The translations under genes were made by a program, and so were the position numbers. Below are positions 27,372 through 34,285 of a DNA stretch of 64,000 bases, in pieces. This DNA comes from an uncultured Gammaproteobacteria bacterium. Lineage in GTDB: Bacteria; Patescibacteriota; Patescibacteriia; CAZGFX01. The notes under the pieces were generated by a model. It made no database searches, was not told the origin of the DNA, and saw only the letters and a list, made by a program, of their open reading frames with translations. The DNA is taken from NCBI GenBank assembly GCA_964524845.1, contig CAZGFX010000002.1, positions 157,422 through 221,421 on the forward strand, in the 5' to 3' direction. Numbering within the stretch: position 1 is the first letter of the stretch; the number at the start of each line of letters is the position of its first letter.

Positions 27372-28853
27372 TCAAGCTAATTTTGGGAACAAAATATCTC
27401 CTGTTTCTAATGTGTTTCCTGTAAACAGTTTTTTAATCTTAATAGCAGAATCGGGAACAACTGGTTCTATATATTTAGTAATGATCTCGAGAGTATAAAC
27501 CAAATTACTTAATACCTGATCGAGTTTTTCAGTATCGTTTTTCTTCGCCAATTCCCACGGTTTTTCCATTTCAATATACTTATTTGCTTCCTCAACCATG
27601 TTCCATACCTCATCTATGTATTCTCGAATAACAAAGCGATCGAGTTTCGCATTAAGCGAAGTAATTAGTTCTTGTTCATTTTTTGCACCAATTAAAACAA
27701 TCTTACCTTCCGTATACTTTTTCGGAAGTGCTTCCGGATAGTATTTTTGAACCATAACCGTAATGCGCGAAACCAAATTACCAAGCTTGTTCGCAAGTTC
27801 GTTGTATCTGTAATCCATTCTATCATAAGAAAAATCACCATCTTGAAATTCTGGTATCTCACGAAGAAAGAAATATCTTGTGGCATCAGATCCATACTTT
27901 TTCACAACCTCTCTTGGATCAATAACATTTCCTATGCTTTTCGACATTTTTTCTCCATTAATTGTAACGTAATCGTGTACAAAAATCGTATTAGGAAGGG
28001 GGACTCCTGCCGACAAAAGCATTGCTGGCCAATATACTGCATGAAAACGAATAATTCCTTTTCCAATGACATGGGTCTTCTCTCCTTCTCCACACCAGAA
28101 TTTTTTATATTGGTCACTATCATCAGCAAATCCAAGTGCGTTGATATAATTTGACAGAGCATCATACCATACATACATGACATGATTTGGATCATCTGGA
28201 ACTTGTATGCCCCACCCATGAGCGCGTTTCATTGAACGAGATATCGAAAAATCTTCAAGACCACTACGCACGAAACTAAGTACTTCGTTCTTTCTATGAT
28301 CAGGAACTATACGAATAATATCTCTTGAAATAAGATCGTCTAATTGTTGCTGATATTTAGATAATCTGAAAAAATAATTTTCTTCTTCTACTTCTTCTGG
28401 AGCAATCTTGTGATCTGGACACTTCCCATCGATAAGATCTGATTCTTTATAAAACTGTTCGCACTCAACACAATAAAGTCCTTTGTATGTTTTTTTGTAT
28501 ATATCTTCCTTTTTTGTCATGGACCAAAGTTTTTGAGCACCAAGAACATGTCTCTCATCTCTTGTTCTTATAAAATCAGACAGCTCTATATTTAAAACTT
28601 CGCACGTGTCTCTAAAATATTTTGCATTTATAGCAACATATTCTTCAACCGGTATCTGTGCCCTCTCGGCCGCAAGTACATTCTTTAAAGAGTTATCATC
28701 TGTACCTGACAAAAAAAACACATCCGCGCCTCGTAAACGCCAGCATCTAGAAAAAAAATCAGCCTCGACAAACTCCAGAGCGTGTCCTACATGAGGCAAA
28801 CTATTAACATAAGGAATAGCCGTACTTATAAAAATTGGTTTTTTGTAATCCAT
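27372..28853 (-). CDS. metG: Methionine--tRNA ligase
   Basis: STAIPYVN.LPHVGH, YCVECE, YVWYDAL, GKGIIRFH, KMSKS. Confidence 0.98.
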   Translation of the reverse strand: MDYKKPIFISTAIPYVNSLPHVGHALEFVEADFFSRCWRLRGADVFFLSGTDDNSLKNVLAAERAQIPVEEYVAINAKYFRDTCEVLNIELSDFIRTRDERHVLGAQKLWSMTKKEDIYKKTYKGLYCVECEQFYKESDLIDGKCPDHKIAPEEVEEENYFFRLSKYQQQLDDLISRDIIRIVPDHRKNEVLSFVRSGLEDFSISRSMKRAHGWGIQVPDDPNHVMYVWYDALSNYINALGFADDSDQYKKFWCGEGEKTHVIGKGIIRFHAVYWPAMLLSAGVPLPNTIFVHDYVTINGEKMSKSIGNVIDPREVVKKYGSDATRYFFLREIPEFQDGDFSYDRMDYRYNELANKLGNLVSRITVMVQKYYPEALPKKYTEGKIVLIGAKNEQELITSLNAKLDRFVIREYIDEVWNMVEEANKYIEMEKPWELAKKNDTEKLDQVLSNLVYTLEIITKYIEPVVPDSAIKIKKLFTGNTLETGDILFPKLA

Positions 28854-28906
28854 AAATTACTTCACTGATATATACTACTAGTATTAAATAAAAAAATCCA
28901 TCATAT

Positions 28907-29599
28907 TTATCTTCCAATAACAATAACATACTCTCCTTTAATCGGATCGTCATAAACCTGTTTTCGAACACCTCCAACAGATCCTCTGTATATATTTTCA
29001 AACTTTTTCGTAAGTTCTCTTCCAACAACAATATAAGAATTTGTTCCTTTTGTTTCCATCAAAATCTTCTCATACTCATCAAGAAGTTTCGTGATTCGGT
29101 GACATGATTCAAAAAAAACAATCGGAACATGAGCTACCGCGACCTCTTTCAAAAACGTCTGTCGTCCTTTCTTATGAGGAATAAATCCTTTAAAAACGAA
29201 CTCCTGCACATTCATCCCGGCAACCGATAAAAGAGCTGTAAGCGCTGACGGGCCCGGAATCGGAACAATTGAAATTGACTTGGCATGATCCGCAATATAT
29301 CTTACAAACATACCACCCGGATCAGATATATTTGGAGTGCCCGCATCAGTTATAAGTATTGCGTTTCCGACAGTTTCAATTTCTTTAACAAATTTCTCAA
29401 ATTTATTAACGTCAGTATGGTGATGAAGTGAAACAAATTTCTTGTTTTTTGTATCAATAGTAAGTAAATTAAAAAGTTTTTTACTTATTCTCGTATCCTC
29501 CGCGAACACAATTTTTGCATCTTTCAAAACAGAAAGCGCACGAAGTGTAATATCATCTAGATTTCCTATTGGTGTTGCAACAACATACAAAATACCCAT
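28907..29599 (-). CDS. rsmI: 16S rRNA (C1402-2'-O)-methyltransferase
   Basis: LYVVATPIGNLDDIT, AEDTR, DAGTPNISDPG, PGPSA, RELTKKFE. Confidence 0.96.
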   Translation of the reverse strand: MGILYVVATPIGNLDDITLRALSVLKDAKIVFAEDTRISKKLFNLLTIDTKNKKFVSLHHHTDVNKFEKFVKEIETVGNAILITDAGTPNISDPGGMFVRYIADHAKSISIVPIPGPSALTALLSVAGMNVQEFVFKGFIPHKKGRQTFLKEVAVAHVPIVFFESCHRITKLLDEYEKILMETKGTNSYIVVGRELTKKFENIYRGSVGGVRKQVYDDPIKGEYVIVIGR

Positions 29600-29637
29600 G
29601 ATTTTTGTATTAGATGACGACTAAATAATTATCCTTG

Positions 29638-31041
29638 TTAAAAACCCAACTTATTTTTTAGATATTCTGGAATTTCCTTTATAGCGATACGCTCTTGTGC
29701 CATCGTATCACGATCTCTTATGGTTACAGCGGAATCTGTAAGTGAATCAAAGTCAAATGTTATACAATATGGCGTTCCGATTTCATCTTGTCTGCGATAT
29801 CTCTTTCCAATGCTTCCTGTTTCATCGTACGCCGATGAATATGTTTTTTGGAGCGACATGAAAAGATCATACGCAGGTCCAGAAAGCTCTTCTTTTTTTG
29901 AAAGAGGAAGTACCGCCACCTTATACGGAGCAATTCTAGGATGAAATCGAAGAACAACTTCAACTTCTTTCACCGCTTCAGTAGTTGTACTTCTACCTCC
30001 TTCTATTTCTGTATAAGCATCACATAAAAACGCCAACATCGCTCTATCAGCACCGGCAGATGTTTCTACAATCCACGGAGTAAAACGCTCTCCGGTTGTT
30101 TGCTCAAAATATTGCAAGTCCTTACCTGAAAACTTCATGTGTTGAGAAAGATCCCAATCACCTCTATTATGAATACCTTCAAGCTCTTTCCATCCTATTG
30201 GAAAATAAAACTCTATATCATGTGCGGCACGCGCGTAATGAGCCAACTCATGTTCTCCATGCGCTCTATATCGCAAATGATCTGGATTAATACCATGATC
30301 GATATACCACTGACGACGAATCTCTTTCCACTCCCCGAAATATCTATCCGCCTCATCAGGACGAACGAAATATTGTTGTTCCATTTGTTCAAACTCTCTC
30401 GTACGAAATATGAAATTACCCGGAGTAATCTCGTTTCTAAACGCCTTACCAACCTGTGCGATTCCAAAAGGAATTTTCATGCGCGAGCTTTCTCTTACAT
30501 TTTCATAGTTTACATAAATACCCTGAGCCGTCTCCGGACGAAGATACACATTCGATGTATCTGTTTCAACGGCTCCCATTTGGGTTTTGAACATAAGATT
30601 AAACTGACGAACTTCAGAAAGCTCTCCTCCGCAATCAGGACACACTATCTCGCTCGCCATTCGAACTCCTGGTGTAAAATTTGGCTTAAGTCCCTTCGCT
30701 TCTAGCAAGTGATCGGCGCGCCATCTTTTTTTGCACTCTTTACAATCAACTAATGGATCATGAAATCCATCAATATGTCCGGATGCCTTCCATATCATCG
30801 GATGCATAAATATAGAAGAATCAAGAGGAACAACATCGTCACGAAGTTGTGTCATAGATCTCATCCACGCTTGTTTAATATTGTTTTTCATTAGTGTTCC
30901 AAGCGGACCATAATCATAACAAGAATTAAGACCACCATATATTTCTGATGATTGAAATATAAAGCCACGGCGCTTCGCGAGACTTACTATCTTGTCCATC
31001 GTCATATTTGGCTTTTCGTCTTCTATTTTATTTTCTTTCAT
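29638..31041 (-). CDS. glyQS: Glycine--tRNA ligase (alpha2 type)
   Basis: [56 protein letters not shown]. Confidence 0.98.
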   Translation of the reverse strand: MKENKIEDEKPNMTMDKIVSLAKRRGFIFQSSEIYGGLNSCYDYGPLGTLMKNNIKQAWMRSMTQLRDDVVPLDSSIFMHPMIWKASGHIDGFHDPLVDCKECKKRWRADHLLEAKGLKPNFTPGVRMASEIVCPDCGGELSEVRQFNLMFKTQMGAVETDTSNVYLRPETAQGIYVNYENVRESSRMKIPFGIAQVGKAFRNEITPGNFIFRTREFEQMEQQYFVRPDEADRYFGEWKEIRRQWYIDHGINPDHLRYRAHGEHELAHYARAAHDIEFYFPIGWKELEGIHNRGDWDLSQHMKFSGKDLQYFEQTTGERFTPWIVETSAGADRAMLAFLCDAYTEIEGGRSTTTEAVKEVEVVLRFHPRIAPYKVAVLPLSKKEELSGPAYDLFMSLQKTYSSAYDETGSIGKRYRRQDEIGTPYCITFDFDSLTDSAVTIRDRDTMAQERIAIKEIPEYLKNKLGF

Positions 31042-31230
31042 ATTAAAATATATTACTTATTCACGTACTGGATTATGGCTTATTTTACAATAAAAGTGAA
31101 GTCCTGATTCTTTTTTTTCCATATATTTATACACTTTAAATTAATATGAAAAACAAAACAATCAAAAAAAGCGAATAAAAGCCAAAAAGATGAGGATTTT
31201 TAAGTTTTCCACACATAATAAACAATAGAC

Positions 31231-31259
31231 TTGACTTTTTAGGAAGGATGATGTATGCT
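31231..31259 (+). promoter_or_regulatory. Sigma70-type promoter of RNA unit 1
   Basis: TTGACT 31231-31236, 17 bp, TATGCT 31254-31259. Confidence 0.75.
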
Positions 31260-31341
31260 GTTAACACTTGCTTAATGCGAGATTAAATAACTGAAACAAG
31301 AACAATTAGAAATCCGTTGTAAACGGAGAAGGAGCACGCAA

Positions 31342-31398
31342 ATGGCAAGAGCATCCCCGCTCAATAAAATGAGCAGAACGTCCTTTGAAGAGAAGTAA
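31342..31398 (+). CDS. Micro-ORF MARASPLNKMSRTSFEEK (18 aa)
   Basis: AAGGAG 31329-31334, 7 nt before ATG, directly after a hairpin. Confidence 0.5.
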   Translation: MARASPLNKMSRTSFEEK

Positions 31399-31616
31399 CC
31401 CGGCCCGCGACCGCACGCCAGCCATAACCCGAAAAACTCGGTCGGCTGTCTGAGCAGCGGTCAAATCGGGAACGCGCCCGCAATCCAATTTGTATAATGA
31501 AAAAATTGGGCGCACTCCCGGCTCGAAAAAAAATCCGCAAAACAATGATCGCGGAACAAAAAGTCCGGAAAAACTCCGGCACGATGAAAAACAACAAGAA
31601 AAACGGGGATTCAGAA

Positions 31617-31637
31617 ATGAAATTAGATCACGGCTAG
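31617..31637 (+). CDS. Micro-ORF MKLDHG
   Basis: GGGGA 7 nt upstream; fits MKxx[YH]G*. In-frame upstream ATGs at 31584, 31545 and 31497 lack an SD. Confidence 0.4.
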   Translation: MKLDHG

Positions 31638-31784
31638 ATTTAGGGGCAAAAGAAAAGCCCCGAAAAAAGCTTCGAAAAGAGGCATAAACCGGAGATTATT
31701 TTAAAAAAACAACACAAACCTCTCCGGGAAAAAAATCCGGCAAACCGGCAATCATATGCGGCACCAAAAACCATGGAGGCTACA

Positions 31785-31805
31785 GTGAAAATGAGATACG
31801 GTTGA
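31785..31805 (+). CDS. Micro-ORF (GTG) MKMRYG
   Basis: GGAGG 31775-31779, 5 nt before GTG. Confidence 0.45.
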   Translation: MKMRYG

Positions 31806-31823
31806 ATGCAATAAATTACATAT

Positions 31824-31862
31824 AAGTCCTTGTTATAATGACAAGGACTTTTCCGTTTTTTT
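31824..31862 (+). terminator. Terminator of RNA unit 1
   Basis: AAGTCCTTGTTA-taa-TGACAAGGACTT then TTCCGTTTTTTT. Confidence 0.8.
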
Positions 31863-31873
31863 AATAACAAACA

Positions 31874-31901
31874 TTGATATTTTTATATTTTTATATACAA
31901 T
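31874..31901 (+). promoter_or_regulatory. Sigma70-type promoter of RNA unit 2
   Basis: TTGATA 31874-31879, 16 bp, TACAAT 31896-31901. TAACAC follows the -10 box, as in unit 1. Confidence 0.65.
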
Positions 31902-31982
31902 TAACACAGCCTGCTTGACAGGTACAAATAACCTAAATAACCGAACAAGAGCAGTCTTTGATGACTGTAAGGAGCGTGTATC

Positions 31983-32033
31983 ATGGTTAAGATCAGAGGT
32001 CAGACGTCTTATCTTAAGATGTCGAAAGCGTGA
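31983..32033 (+). CDS. Micro-ORF MVKIRGQTSYLKMSKA (16 aa)
   Basis: AAGGAG 31969-31974, 8 nt before ATG, directly after a hairpin. Confidence 0.5.
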   Translation: MVKIRGQTSYLKMSKA

Positions 32034-32122
32034 AAGCGAAAAGAAAAAGGCCGCTGTTTCTCCTCGTTTATCAGCATGATTTTGCTGAAACCACGGAAAA
32101 AAAACATGGAAGGAGGTTCATT

Positions 32123-32170
32123 ATGAACCGCATCCGTGCCCAAAACAACCTGCATCAAAAAATGATGTAA
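32123..32170 (+). CDS. Micro-ORF MNRIRAQNNLHQKMM (15 aa)
   Basis: AAGGAGG 32110-32116, 6 nt before ATG; peptide resembles the 31983 ORF. Confidence 0.5.
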   Translation: MNRIRAQNNLHQKMM

Positions 32171-32293
32171 GCGCCAAAAAAGCAAGGTCTCACCCAAGAA
32201 GTACTGGTCACTCCATTTATCGCAACAAATTAAGCGCGGTATAGAAGCGTGCCAAGAAAAACTTGGAAATAAAAACATGAAAGGAGTTTCAAA

Positions 32294-32314
32294 ATGAAAC
32301 GAAATTATGGCTAA
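32294..32314 (+). CDS. Micro-ORF MKRNYG
   Basis: AAGGAG 32281-32286, 7 nt before ATG. Confidence 0.5.
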   Translation: MKRNYG

Positions 32315-32380
32315 CCCTTCTCACAAAGACAAAAGGTTTTGTCAAAACTCGAGAGCGAGAACGATATAATAATTATAAGA

Positions 32381-32410
32381 CCCCACCCGAAGAGGTGGGG
32401 CATTTTTTAT
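32381..32410 (+). terminator. Terminator of RNA unit 2
   Basis: CCCCACC-cgaaga-GGTGGGG then CATTTTTTAT. Confidence 0.8.
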
Positions 32411-32561
32411 TGAAAAATAAACAATATTAAAAAATAATTTAAAATAGCATTTTTAAATCGATAAATATTGCACCAAACCCATATTGACAAATACATCATC
32501 AAGTCGAAACAAATTAACAATACTCACACAAACATAAATATTATTCATTCGTTTCTCATTT

Positions 32562-32594
32562 CAATAAAAAATGCCCCGGTTTTTAACCGAGGCA
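32562..32594 (-). terminator. Terminator of the S8 protease cassette
   Basis: On the - strand: TGCCTCGGTT-aaa-AACCGGGGCA then TTTTTTATTG. Confidence 0.75.
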
Positions 32595-32611
32595 ATAATA
32601 GTCTACGCATT

Positions 32612-34096
32612 TCATTTTACGATTGTGAGTTTTTTTGAGACAGGTTTCATGTGTTCAGACTGAAGTCTATATATATATATTCCTGAACTGACCGCATGAC
32701 CATCATCGTTTCTACCATCCCATGTGATGAAGTGTCTTCCCGGATACTGATATGCATCAAAAAAAGTTCTGACCTTCTGTCCGAGTGTATTATATAGAAT
32801 TACAGTGGTACGACCAGGTCGACTGATTACATACTCGATCGTAGTTGATACATTGAACGGATTAGGATAGTTCTGATTGAGTTCCACAGATGGTTTTTGA
32901 AATGATCCCCTCTCTGGAAATATCGCTTCAAAAATTTTTGGCAATGACACAGCATTCTGGCTACCACCATCTTTATCAAGCGCAATGTTTCCGTTTTCTC
33001 TTATAATGTTTTTTATATCAATATTCTTTCCTGTCATAATCATAAGAGCAACGATTCCTGCAACTTGCGGGGCGGCATAACTCGTACCATCAACCCTGTG
33101 ATATCTAGAACCACACCATGTGGTCAGTACCTTGTTTCCAGGAGCAAACGCATCAACACTACCGAAATTAGACCAGTAAGAAACAGTTCCTACGGAATCG
33201 AGACTTCCTACTGATATGACGGATTTGTATCCGTTCGTTGAAATACGACCAAAATTCGTATAATGAGCTGGAAATACGGACATGTTCCATCCTTCGTTTC
33301 CGGAAGAGCACACGAAATAAATCTGAATTCCTGCAGAATCCGCTTTTTGTTCAGCGGTACGAATTAATTCTTCCCACGCCATAAGATCAAATTTTAAACC
33401 AAGACTCCAATTGATAACAAGATTTTTCTTGTTTTGAACAGCCCACAGAATTCGATCGTTTGCGGCAATAAGGATTGTACTTACATATCCATATCCATTG
33501 TCTTCGAGCACTCGCACCGCATACACATCTCCACAAGAAATACCGAATACTCCTTTTTTATTGTTCGCAGTAGCGCCGACAATGCCGGCTATTTCCGTAC
33601 CATGAACAAAAACCTCTTTCGGAACATACTCCATGGAATCTCCGTGTAGAACAGTATAGTTTTTCCCAAGTTTTATATTCTGAAGATCTTGATGTTCAAT
33701 TACCCACTTATCAGATCGTCGAACAAGTTCAATTCCGGAGTCATGAATATCAATCACAGTGTTTGACGGATCCAAAAGGTCGCCGTACTTTTGAAATACT
33801 GAAAAGAGTTCCATGTATTCAATAGCCCAGCTTCGCAATGGATCATTCGGATCAAACCGATATTGAGTTTTGTTTGACCCATATGCGGTCACCAAAGCAT
33901 CTTCTTCAATAACCTCAACTGAAGTGGTTTTTAAAAAAGATTTTGTCTCAACCTTGTACCAACTTCCAAACACATGCACCGCATTATTTGGAATATCTTT
34001 TTCGTTTTTCATCTTTATCAGATATCCTTGAGAATATCCTGAAAAAGAAATCAAAAAAGAAAAAGCAATCGTAATAATTACTTGAAATGTTCTCAT
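32612..34096 (-). CDS. Secreted S8 (subtilisin-like) serine protease with T9SS type-A/FlgD-Ig C-terminal domain
   Basis: Signal peptide; catalytic triad motifs IHDSGI, HGTEIAG, GTSYAAP and oxyanion SSGN. C-terminus ELNQNYPNPFNVSTTIEY...YNTLGQKVRT...WDGRNDDGHAVSSGIYIYRL...KKLTIVK. Confidence 0.92.
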   Translation of the reverse strand: MRTFQVIITIAFSFLISFSGYSQGYLIKMKNEKDIPNNAVHVFGSWYKVETKSFLKTTSVEVIEEDALVTAYGSNKTQYRFDPNDPLRSWAIEYMELFSVFQKYGDLLDPSNTVIDIHDSGIELVRRSDKWVIEHQDLQNIKLGKNYTVLHGDSMEYVPKEVFVHGTEIAGIVGATANNKKGVFGISCGDVYAVRVLEDNGYGYVSTILIAANDRILWAVQNKKNLVINWSLGLKFDLMAWEELIRTAEQKADSAGIQIYFVCSSGNEGWNMSVFPAHYTNFGRISTNGYKSVISVGSLDSVGTVSYWSNFGSVDAFAPGNKVLTTWCGSRYHRVDGTSYAAPQVAGIVALMIMTGKNIDIKNIIRENGNIALDKDGGSQNAVSLPKIFEAIFPERGSFQKPSVELNQNYPNPFNVSTTIEYVISRPGRTTVILYNTLGQKVRTFFDAYQYPGRHFITWDGRNDDGHAVSSGIYIYRLQSEHMKPVSKKLTIVK

Positions 34097-34218
34097 TTTT
34101 TCCTCCTTTTTTTCAGTCAGATTCGTCTATTTTCTTTTTAGAGAAAATGGCTCTTGGCTGAATTTTTTAATATTTTGTTTATTAATTCTATATTAACACA
34201 CAAATATCAAAATGTCAA
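34097..34218 (-). promoter_or_regulatory. Promoter, leader, hairpin and SD of cassette G (S8 protease)
   Basis: TTGACA 34218-34213, 17 bp, TAATAT 34195-34190. Leader ATAAACAAAA, interrupted hairpin TTCAG...ATTTTCT/AGAAAAT...CTGAA. AAGGAGG 34108-34102, 5 nt before ATG. Confidence 0.8.
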
Positions 34219-34285
34219 ACAAAATTGCTTGAATTCTACCATGAAATACAGTATAGGAGTTCTAAAAAAAACCATTTTAAAAACC

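Larger units (their letters stand above)
31265..31860 (+). ncRNA. Structured A-rich RNA unit 1 carrying micro-ORFs (family not recognised)
   Basis: Bounded by a promoter and a terminator. More than 10 GC-rich stems with A-rich loops, e.g. TCCGTT/AACGGA, GCTCA/TGAGC, nested CCCG..GACCGC..CAGCC..CCGA/TCGG..GGCTG..GCGGTC..CGGG, CCAATTT/AAATTGG, GGGGC/GCCCC, CCGGAGA/TCTCCGG. Confidence 0.7.
31905..32410 (+). ncRNA. Structured A-rich RNA unit 2 carrying micro-ORFs (family not recognised)
   Basis: Stems CCTG/CAGG, CAGTC/GACTG, GACGTCTTA/TAAGATGTC, TCAGCA/TGCTGA, GGTTCA/TGAACC, TGCATCA/TGATGTA, CCAAG/CTTGG, GTTTCA/TGAAAC, GACAAAA/TTTTGTC. The leader TAAATAACYGAA(A)CAAGA is shared with unit 1. Confidence 0.7.

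Noticed and set aside
31555-31745. RNase P RNA (AAAGTCCGG...AATCCGGC resembles the P4 helix)
   Set aside because: Lacks the GAGGAAAGUC context and the 3' CGGCUUA; CCGGA pairs locally instead.
31306-32278. ORF-track ORFs 31306-31545(-), 31361-31597(-), 31490-31687(+), 31640-31870(-), 32009-32278(-), and the 46-aa frame 31497-31637
   Set aside because: Low-complexity Lys- or Phe-rich translations expected from A-rich RNA; no SD; most are antisense to the promoter-terminator units.
31265-32410. tmRNA, SRP, 6S or CRISPR array
   Set aside because: No tRNA-like GGGG...CCA ends or Ala-rich tag, no SRP loop motif seen, and no constant repeats with regular spacers.
32484-32560. Third tandem RNA unit starting at TTGACA 32484
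   Set aside because: No -10 hexamer at 16-18 bp and no downstream SD or structure.
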